From Bordetella parapertussis (GTDB lineage: Bacteria; Pseudomonadota; Gammaproteobacteria; Burkholderiales; SG8-41), in NCBI GenBank assembly GCA_945864585.1, contig CAMBCF010000001.1:3825-67824 (forward strand): a stretch of 64,000 nt of DNA. The letters are read 5' to 3'. Under the pieces are notes generated by a model. That model had not been told where the DNA came from. It worked only from the letters and a program-made list of their open reading frames with translations, and did not search any database. Position 1 is the stretch's first letter. Every line of letters begins with the position of its first letter. Below are positions 45,677 through 54,660 of this stretch, piece after piece. A program made the translations under genes and the position numbers.

Positions 45677-46053
45677 GACCCAGTACCCTGCTGCAAGTCG
45701 CACAACGCGCGCATGATGGCGATGACTTCGACCGCTGCCTGGCCAATTTTCTCGATGCGTTTTACGCCGTGCCCAATGCGGAGGCGTTGTCGCCGGAACC
45801 GGCTCTGTTAGCGCCCACGCTGGGTGACCTGGGCCATGTGCAGGATGCATATCTCGCGGCAACGGCTGAGCACCTGGCTTGCCATTACGGCTTTGCCGTG
45901 CCCGCCTGGGTTGTGGCGGATGAACGCAAATTGCAGCGCCCGTGGTTTGCCTCGCAACTGGCGTCTTTGCGCGCGGTATTGCTTTTGGAAAGCCCCGTAG
46001 CGTTTCGTTCGCGCAATATTTTCATCAGTGAGAACGCCCTCTCACGCGCCTAA
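45673..46053 (+). CDS. Hypothetical protein, translationally coupled partner of the NTase
   Basis: Its ATG overlaps the NTase stop (ATGA). 126 aa, with coding-like composition. I recognise no family or motif. Confidence 0.5.
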   Translation: MRPSTLLQVAQRAHDGDDFDRCLANFLDAFYAVPNAEALSPEPALLAPTLGDLGHVQDAYLAATAEHLACHYGFAVPAWVVADERKLQRPWFASQLASLRAVLLLESPVAFRSRNIFISENALSRA

Positions 46054-46145
46054 GCCGCCAGCACCCAAGCCGTCAGCGGTGGCAGCCCCGGCGTTGCGGT
46101 GACAATTCACCGCGTTTCTGCGTAAAGACATTCAGGATTATTAAT

Positions 46146-47030
46146 ATGACACTTGCTAGCGGTATACCTGAACCGCCCGTTTGCCCCGGCCCCGATCTCA
46201 ACACGCGCAAACCGTCGTTCTCCCTGCCGCCGGGCGCCACCGACAGTCACGCCCATGTGTTTGGCGAGCGCGAAAAATACGCTTACGCCGCCGACCGGCA
46301 ATACACGCCGGCGCCGGTATTCCTGAAAGACTATCTTGCCATGCACGATGCGGTGGGCTTCACGCGCGGCGTGGTGGTGCAGTCGGGGGTGCATGGCACC
46401 AACAACAACGTAATCGTCGATGCCATCGCGCAGTCACATGGCCGGCTGCGCGGCATTGCGTTGCTGCGTGAGGATATTGCCGACGCTGAACTCGATGCGC
46501 TGGACCAAGCGGGCGTGCGCGGCTTTCGCGCGAATCTGGTGGCGAAAGTCGGTGTGCAATTCGACGCCGCAAAAAAACTCGCCGCGCGTGTTGCGCGTCT
46601 GGGCTGGCACGCGCAGTTTTTGCTGGATATCGAAAATTTTCCCGACTTCGACCGCATCGCCGCCGAGTTTCCCGCCAAAATGGTCATCGATCACATGGGC
46701 CGGCCGGATGTGGCGAAGGGCGTAAACGCGCCGGGCTTTCAGGCACTGATCCGCGCACTGCGTAGCGGGCGCGTGTGGACGAAACTGTCTGCGCCGTACC
46801 GTACTTCCCGCGCGCCGATACCCTACGACGATCTCACCCCGTTCGCACACGCGCTGGTGGCAGCGGCACCCCAGCAACTGGTGTTCGGCACCGACTGGCC
46901 GCATGTGATGATGGAAGGCGAAATGCCCAATACCGGCACGCTGGTGGAACAGCTTGCGGTGTGGGTGCCGGATGCTGTCATACGCACAAAAATACTCGTG
47001 AACAATCCCGTCCGTTTGTATCGTTTTTGA
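46146..47030 (+). CDS. Amidohydrolase-2 family (LigI / 2-pyrone-4,6-dicarboxylate lactonase-like)
   Basis: GATDSHAHVFG metal motif, ...IDHMGRPD..., ...FGTDWPH. Confidence 0.85.
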   Translation: MTLASGIPEPPVCPGPDLNTRKPSFSLPPGATDSHAHVFGEREKYAYAADRQYTPAPVFLKDYLAMHDAVGFTRGVVVQSGVHGTNNNVIVDAIAQSHGRLRGIALLREDIADAELDALDQAGVRGFRANLVAKVGVQFDAAKKLAARVARLGWHAQFLLDIENFPDFDRIAAEFPAKMVIDHMGRPDVAKGVNAPGFQALIRALRSGRVWTKLSAPYRTSRAPIPYDDLTPFAHALVAAAPQQLVFGTDWPHVMMEGEMPNTGTLVEQLAVWVPDAVIRTKILVNNPVRLYRF

Positions 47031-47106
47031 ATGTCGTTTTTGGGCAGGCTATAAGGCTAGAAATCATTGCATTCGAGTAGATCAGGATTAATCCGGCTGC
47101 CGCAAA

Positions 47107-47811
47107 TCAACTGAGCGCGGTCACCGGCACCGCAGCGCCATGCACGGCGCTTGCGGCATCTGACGCGAGGAACACGATCACGTTTGCCAAATCCGCCGGC
47201 GCGACCCACTTCGCCGGATTCGCCTTGGGCATCGCCGCGCGGTTTTCGGGCGTGTCGATAATGGTCGGCAGCACGCAATTGACGTTGATGTTCTTCTCAC
47301 GCAGTTCCGCTGCCATCGCCTCGGTCATCCGGATTACCGTGCCCTTCGACGCGGTGTAAGCGCCCATTTGCGCCACGCCCTTTTGCGCGGCAAAGGCGCC
47401 AATGTTGATGATCTTGCCGCTGCCTGCCGCTATCATGTGCGGCACCACGGCACGCACCGCGTGCAGCAGCGTGCGGGTGTTGATGTCGAACAGGAAGTTC
47501 CAGTTCTCGTCCGAGGTCTCATGCACCGTTTCGCCCATGCGGAATCCGCCGGCGATGTTGCACAGCACGTCGATGCGTCCGAAGCGCGCGAGTGCGGCTT
47601 GCGCAACAGCTGTCGCTCCGGCCATCTCGAGAAGATTCGCGGGCGCGAACGAGCGGTGTTCGCCCTCCTCTCCAAAGGCCGCCTGCAGACTCTCGCGTCT
47701 GAGATCCACCAGCATCAGGTCGGCGCCCAGATCGCCAAACGCCTTGGCCACGGCCTTGCCCAGATTGCCGGCCGCGCCGGTGACGATGACAGTTCGATTG
47801 CCAAAGCTCAT
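47107..47811 (-). CDS. SDR-family oxidoreductase
   Basis: The VIVTGAAGNLGKAVA motif. Start taken at MSFGNRT. Confidence 0.88.
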   Translation of the reverse strand: MSFGNRTVIVTGAAGNLGKAVAKAFGDLGADLMLVDLRRESLQAAFGEEGEHRSFAPANLLEMAGATAVAQAALARFGRIDVLCNIAGGFRMGETVHETSDENWNFLFDINTRTLLHAVRAVVPHMIAAGSGKIINIGAFAAQKGVAQMGAYTASKGTVIRMTEAMAAELREKNINVNCVLPTIIDTPENRAAMPKANPAKWVAPADLANVIVFLASDAASAVHGAAVPVTALS

Positions 47812-47869
47812 ATTCCTTCTCCCGAATGCGGTGTGGACAGTGTGTGCAGATTGCATTTTGCCACGCCGA

Positions 47870-48685
47870 TTAGCGTTGGCAGGTAGAGCAATAGAATGTC
47901 GACCGCTGTCCCTGCTGCAAGCGCTTAATCAGTGTACCGCAGCGGTTACACGGTTGCCCTTCGCGGTCATATACCGCGAAATTACTCTGAAAATTCCCCG
48001 CCATGCCGTCGCCGCCGACATAATCGCGAATGCTGCTGCCCCCCGCGGTGATGGCTGCGCTCAGGGTTTCCCGAATCGAATTGGCCAATGCGTCACAGCG
48101 CGCGCGGGTGAGCCGGCGCGCGGCGATACGCGGGCTGATGCCGGCACGGAACAGCGCTTCGCTGGCGTAGATGTTGCCCACGCCCACCACCACGTGGCTG
48201 TCCATGACGACAAGTTTGATGGCGGCGCTGCGCTTGCGTGTAACGTTGTAGAGCGCCGCGCCGCTGAAATCCGCGGACAGCGGTTCGGGGCCTAAAAGCG
48301 CGAACAACTTGTGCCGCAACACGTCCCCGCTATGCCACAGTACCAGGCCGAAGCGCCGCGGGTCGCGCAGGCGCACGGCTTTGCCGTTCGACAGCACCAG
48401 ATCGAAGTGATCGTGTTTTTCCGGCGGCGTGTCGCGATCCACCAGCCACAAGCGTCCCGACATGCCCAGATGCACAATCAAGGTGCCGGTGCCGCAATCG
48501 ATCAGCAAATATTTCGCGCGCCGTGTCAGTGCGCGTATGGTCAGGCCCGCCACGCACCGGGGTAACGCGCGCGGAATCGGCTGACGCATGCGCCGCTCGC
48601 GCACTACCGCGTGCGTGATGCGCACGCCCACCATCGCCGTGAGCAGACCGCGGCGCGTGGTTTCGACTTCGGGGAGTTCGGGCAT
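47870..48685 (-). CDS. mutM: Formamidopyrimidine-DNA glycosylase
   Basis: MPELPEVETTRRGL and a C-terminal zinc finger CNRCGTLI...YCSTCQ. Confidence 0.95.
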   Translation of the reverse strand: MPELPEVETTRRGLLTAMVGVRITHAVVRERRMRQPIPRALPRCVAGLTIRALTRRAKYLLIDCGTGTLIVHLGMSGRLWLVDRDTPPEKHDHFDLVLSNGKAVRLRDPRRFGLVLWHSGDVLRHKLFALLGPEPLSADFSGAALYNVTRKRSAAIKLVVMDSHVVVGVGNIYASEALFRAGISPRIAARRLTRARCDALANSIRETLSAAITAGGSSIRDYVGGDGMAGNFQSNFAVYDREGQPCNRCGTLIKRLQQGQRSTFYCSTCQR

Positions 48686-48695
48686 TTTAGAGTGA

Positions 48696-48758
48696 TGAGG
48701 ACTAAGGACTAAGGACTGAGGACTGAGGACTGAGGACTAAGGACTGAGGACTGAGGAG
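48696..48758. repeat. Heptamer tandem array (TRAGGAC) x9
   Basis: tgaggac taaggac taaggac tgaggac tgaggac tgaggac taaggac tgaggac tgaggag. It lies between the DUF4340 stop and the mutM start. Confidence 0.9.
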
Positions 48759-48783
48759 CGAAGGGGGTAACCTATTCACTCCT

Positions 48784-49617
48784 TCACCGCCCTACAGGCG
48801 CCGACATCATTTTTTTGCCTACGTCGCCAACGAAAACGAATTGCAGACCGAGGTCCGCGCGGCGCACAATGAGTTCCGGTTCGGATAGCACTATGCCGAG
48901 CGTGATCCTGGCGCCGTCTTTGAGTGTGATGTGAATTTCACTGGCCGGTTTGCGTACATCACTCGCTTCAGTGCGCAGCGCGCTGCCGTCGCGCCACTGC
49001 GCTACCCAGCGGTTGTAATCGTCTTGCGAGAGTTCGCCGGCGGACGGCGCGGTGCTCCATTTTTTTCCGTCGGTGGCGACAGTGAATGCGCCAAATTCAA
49101 AGCGCAGCGGCGCGTCATTGGGCGCCAGCACGCTGCGCCGCAACAGCGCCTGCGCATCTGCCGGCACGGCAGCGGCGAAGCGTAATTCCAGCAGGAAAAT
49201 CTGATTTTGCGTGAGCAGGTATTGTTCGCGCGTGACGGTGTTGATGGCGCCGAACGCAAACCGTTGATCGTTGATGATGAGTTCTGTCTGAGGTTGGTCG
49301 AGCTCGAATTTCGCGGCTTCCGATGCCGGGTACTGCAACGCGCTTTTGGCTTCAAGCACCGCCAGCAGCCGCAGCACCTGAAAATCGTCGGCGGGCGCCT
49401 GGACCGGCTCAGTCATGAACCACTGCGCATTGCGCTTTTCCAGCACCGCCAGCGTCTTGCCTTTACGCAGCACACGCAGCGTGCGCGCGTCAGCGGGCTT
49501 GAGTGCCGAGACCGCGTGCGCCGGGCCTTGCGGTTTAGGCGGCTTTAGCCACACCAACAAGCCCAGCGCGATGACGCAGGCGAACAGTGCGCCGAGGGTA
49601 ATCCAGCGTTTGCGCAC
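48784..49617 (-). CDS. DUF4340-like protein associated with GldG-type ABC systems
   Basis: An N-terminal TM anchor and the position directly after a GldG-like gene. The GTG at 49617 overlaps the upstream stop by 1 nt (the track start is 49644). Confidence 0.6.
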   Translation of the reverse strand: MRKRWITLGALFACVIALGLLVWLKPPKPQGPAHAVSALKPADARTLRVLRKGKTLAVLEKRNAQWFMTEPVQAPADDFQVLRLLAVLEAKSALQYPASEAAKFELDQPQTELIINDQRFAFGAINTVTREQYLLTQNQIFLLELRFAAAVPADAQALLRRSVLAPNDAPLRFEFGAFTVATDGKKWSTAPSAGELSQDDYNRWVAQWRDGSALRTEASDVRKPASEIHITLKDGARITLGIVLSEPELIVRRADLGLQFVFVGDVGKKMMSAPVGR

Positions 49618-50978
49618 TAGAACGCCTTGCGCCGCCGCCACCACACTACGATGCCGGTAATGGCGAACACCAGCGGCAGCACCAGCAGAAATGTAAACGC
49701 GATCGTATACAGCAAGGTCTGATCGATGCTGATCTGCACATCGGCGGCCGGACGCGGCGGGATCGCGATCAGCTTGTCGTCGCCGCTGAGCCAGTTGAGC
49801 ATCGCTACGCCCAATTGCAGATTGCCGCCGTTGCCCAAAAACGAATTCGACAAAAACGCGCCGTTGCCCACCACCACCACGCGCTGCTGCCGGTCGCCCG
49901 CGGTGCGTTCGAACGCGGTAGCAATATTAATCGGGCCCTGAAAATCACGATCTTTGTCAAACACGGGTTTGTCGTCGAGCTTGTCGGTTTCGACCCAGCC
50001 GCGTTGTGCGACTTCAATCAGCGGCGTCATGCGCCAGCCTTCGCGCTCGTCCGCGCCGATCTGGCGGCTGCCGGGAAACAGCGTGTTCAGGCGAAACGCG
50101 CCGGTGATGGCATGGCGCGCGTAGTTCGAACCGACCGCGAGCGTGGGCGGGCCGCTGCGCGGTTTCAACGACGGATCAACCACCGTGCCGGGTGTCAACA
50201 CCAGGCCTAGAAATTCCGCCACCGGCTCCAGGCCGTGCAAGGGTTCGGGATCCATCAACCATAGTAGATTACCGCCTGCCTCGACGTGCGCGCGCAGCTT
50301 CGCCACTTCACTCTCCTGCAAATTCGCTTGCGGGCTGGCGATGATCAGGGCGGCGGCATTGCGCGGCACATCCTGCGCGACCGACAGATTCAAACTGGAA
50401 AGCTTGTAACCTTTCAACTGCAACTGGCGGCCGAATTCACCGAGATCGTGATTGGCGACGCCATCGAGTTTGCGTTCACCGTGGCCATCGAGCCAGTACA
50501 GCACCGCGTTGCTGGTGCGCGTGAGACGTATCAGCGCGTTGACGAAATTCTGCTCGTTGAATTCACCCAGCGGCAGATGTTCGGTGCGGTTCTTATGCTC
50601 AATCACCAGTTCGTTGGGCGAACGCAGCCCTGCCGCGTTGGCGCGCTTGGGGTCGTCGCGCGGATCGACCAACGCCAACGAGAGATCGGGTTTTATGCGT
50701 TGCCATGGGCGCAATTTTTCCTGCACCAGTTTGTGGACATCGTTGCCGCTGCCGTCTTTTGCCATGGCGTAGGCGGTAACGTTGACCGGGCCGTCGAATT
50801 GCTTGAGCGCATCCTGCGTGCCCTGCGACAGCGTGTTGCGCGCGTTGGCGGTGACATCCCGCTCGACGCGATACTCCTGCGCCACCCACGCCAGCAGCAT
50901 CACCAGCGCGAGCAACAGCAGCGTGTAGATCAAGCCTTGCGCGAGCAACTGCGAGCGGACTTTGCGGTTAATGTTCAT
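49617..50978 (-). CDS. GldG-like ABC-transport auxiliary protein
   Basis: N- and C-terminal TM anchors flank a large periplasmic domain. It is the third gene after the ABC ATPase and ABC-2 permease. Start at MNINRKV. Confidence 0.75.
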   Translation of the reverse strand: MNINRKVRSQLLAQGLIYTLLLLALVMLLAWVAQEYRVERDVTANARNTLSQGTQDALKQFDGPVNVTAYAMAKDGSGNDVHKLVQEKLRPWQRIKPDLSLALVDPRDDPKRANAAGLRSPNELVIEHKNRTEHLPLGEFNEQNFVNALIRLTRTSNAVLYWLDGHGERKLDGVANHDLGEFGRQLQLKGYKLSSLNLSVAQDVPRNAAALIIASPQANLQESEVAKLRAHVEAGGNLLWLMDPEPLHGLEPVAEFLGLVLTPGTVVDPSLKPRSGPPTLAVGSNYARHAITGAFRLNTLFPGSRQIGADEREGWRMTPLIEVAQRGWVETDKLDDKPVFDKDRDFQGPINIATAFERTAGDRQQRVVVVGNGAFLSNSFLGNGGNLQLGVAMLNWLSGDDKLIAIPPRPAADVQISIDQTLLYTIAFTFLLVLPLVFAITGIVVWWRRRKAF

Positions 50979-50988
50979 GCCCGAACCA

Positions 50989-51759
50989 TTAGCCGCGCAG
51001 CCGCCGCGCTTCAAGCTGGCGCACGGTGAGCGCGAGAAACAGTGCGCTCAGCAACAGCAGGCAAATGATGGCGTAACTGTCGATCAAGCCGCGTCCCAGC
51101 GGTTCGAAATTTTTTAACGGCGAAAACACCTGCGCGAACGCTGCCAGCACACCGAGGCCGCGCGCCTGCAGGTTGTCGGCCACGTGTTCGCCCATGAACA
51201 CCATCGCCAGCAGCGCGCCGAACGCCCCCAGCGCCGCCACAATGGGCTGCGTGGTGAGACTCGACACATACAAACTCACCGCCGCAAACGCCGCCGCGGT
51301 TAGTGCAAGGCCGAGTACGATGCTGCCGATCAAACGGTAGTCGAGTTTCGTAGCCACACTAAGCGATAGTGGCATCAGCGTAACTAATGTTAATAGTATC
51401 AATAACATACCGAATAACGCTAAAAACTTTCCCAACACGATATCGCCCATCGAAATGGGCGCCGAGGTGAGCAGCACCATGGTTTGGTTGCGGCGCTCTT
51501 CGGCGATCAAGCGCATCGCCAGCAGCGGCACGGCGAACAACAGGATCGCCGCGGTGATGGAAAACGTCGGCGCCGCGACCAATTCGGTAAAGCCGGGCGG
51601 GCTGGGCAATTGCAGCAACTGCGGTTGTATCTGCAAAAAATCATCGAAGCGTTTGAGAAAGCCGTAACCGACGATGACCTGCACAAACGTCAGCACCACC
51701 CATGCGATGGGCGAAATAAACAGTGACCTCAGATCCTTGCCGGCGATGGTGAAGATCAT
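50989..51759 (-). CDS. ABC-2 type transporter permease (GldF-like)
   Basis: Six hydrophobic segments. It overlaps the ATPase stop by 4 nt. Confidence 0.85.
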   Translation of the reverse strand: MIFTIAGKDLRSLFISPIAWVVLTFVQVIVGYGFLKRFDDFLQIQPQLLQLPSPPGFTELVAAPTFSITAAILLFAVPLLAMRLIAEERRNQTMVLLTSAPISMGDIVLGKFLALFGMLLILLTLVTLMPLSLSVATKLDYRLIGSIVLGLALTAAAFAAVSLYVSSLTTQPIVAALGAFGALLAMVFMGEHVADNLQARGLGVLAAFAQVFSPLKNFEPLGRGLIDSYAIICLLLLSALFLALTVRQLEARRLRG

Positions 51760-52748
51760 GGCCGCCGGTTCCGGTGCGCGTTAGTCAACTCGTCACGTCG
51801 CGTGAGGTTGATAAACACATCTTCCAGATGGGTTTGCGCCGGGCCGATCTGGCGCAGCCCCCACTGACGCTCCGCAGCCAGCGCCACGATGCGCGCGGTG
51901 GGATCCGCCGCCGCCGTGACGCGCACGCGAAACAGGTTTTCAGCGGCAGGTCCAGCCTGTTCAACGTGCTCGACGCCGGGGATCAAGAGCAATTCTTCTA
52001 TTGCCGGTGGATGGTTCAACCCCACCAGCAGCGTGCGCCCGCTATGCAACTGTTTGAGCGCGCTGATGCTATCCGCATACACCATTTTGCCGTGATGCAT
52101 GATTTGCACGCGGTCGCAGATGGCTTCGACTTCGGACAGGATATGCGTGGACAGAATTACGCTGTGCGCGCTGCCGAGTTCGCGTATCAACGCGCGGATG
52201 TCGCGGATCTGATTGGGATCGAGACCCACGGTCGGCTCATCGAGAATAATCACATCGGGTTCGTGCACAATGGCTTGCGCAATACCCACACGCTGCTGGT
52301 AGCCTTTGGACAGCGTGCCGATCAGTTTGCGGCTGACGTCACCGAGACCGCAGCGTTCGCGCGCGCGATTGACAGCCGCAGTGCGGTGCGGCTTCGGCAC
52401 GCGATGCAGGCGCGCCGCGAAATCGAGATATTCGGTTACGGTAAGGTCGCGGTAGAGCGGCGGTATTTCGGGAAGGTAACCGATGTGCGCCTTGGCGGCT
52501 ACCGGGGCTTCGAGCATATCAACGCCGCAGATACTGACCGACCCCGTGGTGGGCGCCAGATTGCCGGTCAACATCTGCATGGTGGTGGTTTTGCCTGCGC
52601 CGTTGGGGCCCAGAAAACCCAGCACTTCGCCCTGCCGCAGCTGCAGATCAATGCCATCCACGGCAGCATGTGCGCCGAAGCGGCGAGACAAATCGCTGGC
52701 GTGGATGGTCGCCGCCACCGCGATCGGAGTTGGTGCTGAGGATGACAT
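51756..52748 (-). CDS. ABC transporter ATP-binding protein (GldA-like)
   Basis: GPNGAGKTTTMQML Walker A, LSKGYQQRVGIAQA signature, ILDEPT Walker B. Confidence 0.92.
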   Translation of the reverse strand: MSSSAPTPIAVAATIHASDLSRRFGAHAAVDGIDLQLRQGEVLGFLGPNGAGKTTTMQMLTGNLAPTTGSVSICGVDMLEAPVAAKAHIGYLPEIPPLYRDLTVTEYLDFAARLHRVPKPHRTAAVNRARERCGLGDVSRKLIGTLSKGYQQRVGIAQAIVHEPDVIILDEPTVGLDPNQIRDIRALIRELGSAHSVILSTHILSEVEAICDRVQIMHHGKMVYADSISALKQLHSGRTLLVGLNHPPAIEELLLIPGVEHVEQAGPAAENLFRVRVTAAADPTARIVALAAERQWGLRQIGPAQTHLEDVFINLTRRDELTNAHRNRRP

Positions 52749-52896
52749 TGATAATGTGGCTTTATAAGCGTCGCTTGTGGAGTGTGCGAAATATACCTAA
52801 ACTGTGAAACTTAATGAAGCGATGTTGCTCAAAACGCTCGAATAATCATTTGCTTATTTCATATTTATTGCTGTTGTCGCGAAACGCCTCGTCCTT

Positions 52897-54651
52897 ATGA
52901 CTTTACACAAAAACTGGCTTATTACAGCGCTGATAGTGGCATGGGCTGGCGCCGCGCCTGCCTTTGCGCAAGCGCCCGCCCCGTCGGCGCCCGCGACGCC
53001 GCGCGTGAAGCCCCAGTCACCCACAGCACCGGCGCTGCCGTTGGTGGATCTGTCGACAGAGCTACTCTACAAAATAATGCTGGCGGAAATCGCCCTGCAA
53101 CGCGGTTCGCCGCAGTTGGCGGCGCAAACCCTGCTCGAAGTCGCGCGCGAAACGCGCGATCCGCGGGTGGCGCAGCGTGCCACCGAAGTGGCGTGGAACG
53201 CGCGCTTAATGAAAGAGGCGCTCGAAGCCGCCAGTCTGTGGTTGAACATTGTTCCGCAATCGGCCCAGGCGCGGCAAGTGGTGGCGTCATTGCTGGTGAA
53301 TCAGGAAAATCTGGCCGAGGCGAAAGCGCCGCTGGAGCAATGGCTCGCCGGCGACAAGGCCAATGTGGCACGCAACTTCGCGCAAGTGGCGCAGTTGCTC
53401 ACGCGCCACAAAGATAAAAAAGCGGTGTTTGAGTTGCTGCGCGGGCTGGCGCGCCCGTATAACAGCAGCGCCGACGTGCGCCTGGCGGTGGCGCAAGCGG
53501 CGTGGAACGCCAATGATGTCGATGCCTCGCTGGCGGAATCGCGCGCGGCACTCGCTATCCAGCCGGATCTCGAACTGGCGGCGCTGTTTCACGCCCAGGC
53601 GTTGCAACGCCGTTCCCCCGCCGAGGCGTTGACGTATCTCGGTGATTATCTCAAACGTTTTCCGCAGGCAAAAGATGGGCGGCTCGCCTATGCGCGTTTG
53701 CTGGCGAGCGAAAAGCGTCAGGCGGATGCGCGCCAGCAGTTTGAAATTCTGGTGAAGGAAGCCCCCAACAATCCGGATATCGCGATGGCGGTGGCGTTGC
53801 TGGCGCTGCAGACCGGCGACCCGGATGCCGCTGAAAAGTACTTCAAAGGCGCGCTCGACGTCGGCCACAAAGAGCCCGACGCTATCTGGTTGTTTCTGGG
53901 CCAGATCAACGAAGATCGCAAAAATTATGAGGAGGCGCTTAAATGGTACGGCGGCGTCAGCAGCGGTGATCGCTATTTGAGCGCGCAGGCGCGTTACGCC
54001 AACGTGCTGGTCAAACAAGGCAAGCTGGACGCGGCGCGCAAGCACTTGCAATCGATAACACCGACCGACAACGCACAGCGCATCCATTTGGTGCAGGCCG
54101 AGGCCAATCTGCTGCGCGAGTCGCTGGCCTACAATGACGCCTATGATTTGCTGGGCAAGTCGCTCGAAGGCACGCCGGATTCGGTGGATCTGCTCTACGA
54201 CCAGGCGATGATCGCGGAGAAGCTCGACAAGCTCGATGTGCTGGAGCGCAATCTGCGCAAAATAATAGAGATCGACCCCAAACATGCGCACGCCTACAAC
54301 GCGCTCGGCTACACCCTGGCTGATCGCAACCAGCGCTTGCCCGAAGCGCGCAAACTCATCGAAAAAGCGCTTGAGCTATTACCGCAGGACGGCTACATCA
54401 TCGATAGCCTGGGCTGGGTGCTGTTTCGCATGGGGCACACGCGCGAGGCTGTGACACAGTTGCGCCGCGCATTCGAGCTGCGGCCCGAGGCTGAAGTCGG
54501 CGCGCATCTGGGTGAAGTATTGTGGGCCGATGGCAAGCGTGAAGAAGCGCTAAAAATCTGGTCTAACCTGTTAAAGGATGGCCCCGCCAACGACACTTTG
54601 CAAAGCACGGTAAAGCGTCTGGCGCCTTCGCTGCTGCCCGCTGTCAAGTAA
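52897..54651 (+). CDS. Tetratricopeptide-repeat protein (secreted), conserved upstream of lolB
   Basis: The signal peptide and multiple TPR-like A..Y..AL repeats, 584 aa. Confidence 0.85.
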   Translation: MTLHKNWLITALIVAWAGAAPAFAQAPAPSAPATPRVKPQSPTAPALPLVDLSTELLYKIMLAEIALQRGSPQLAAQTLLEVARETRDPRVAQRATEVAWNARLMKEALEAASLWLNIVPQSAQARQVVASLLVNQENLAEAKAPLEQWLAGDKANVARNFAQVAQLLTRHKDKKAVFELLRGLARPYNSSADVRLAVAQAAWNANDVDASLAESRAALAIQPDLELAALFHAQALQRRSPAEALTYLGDYLKRFPQAKDGRLAYARLLASEKRQADARQQFEILVKEAPNNPDIAMAVALLALQTGDPDAAEKYFKGALDVGHKEPDAIWLFLGQINEDRKNYEEALKWYGGVSSGDRYLSAQARYANVLVKQGKLDAARKHLQSITPTDNAQRIHLVQAEANLLRESLAYNDAYDLLGKSLEGTPDSVDLLYDQAMIAEKLDKLDVLERNLRKIIEIDPKHAHAYNALGYTLADRNQRLPEARKLIEKALELLPQDGYIIDSLGWVLFRMGHTREAVTQLRRAFELRPEAEVGAHLGEVLWADGKREEALKIWSNLLKDGPANDTLQSTVKRLAPSLLPAVK

Positions 54652-54660
54652 CTTCGGTAA

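Noticed and set aside
48696-48758. Possible CRISPR array (regular short repeats)
   Set aside because: The unit is only 7 bp with no spacers, and there are no cas genes. It is a microsatellite-like heptamer array.
51774-52739. 321-aa plus-strand ORF
   Set aside because: It is antisense to the ABC ATPase, which has Walker A/B and signature motifs on the minus strand.
52749-52896. Small RNA or riboswitch in the AT-rich divergent spacer between the ABC operon and the TPR gene
   Set aside because: I see no conserved riboswitch core or stable structure. It is most simply two divergent promoters, and an IHF-like site aatcatttgctta is only a weak match.
53287-54291. 334-aa minus-strand ORF
   Set aside because: It is antisense to the TPR protein gene.
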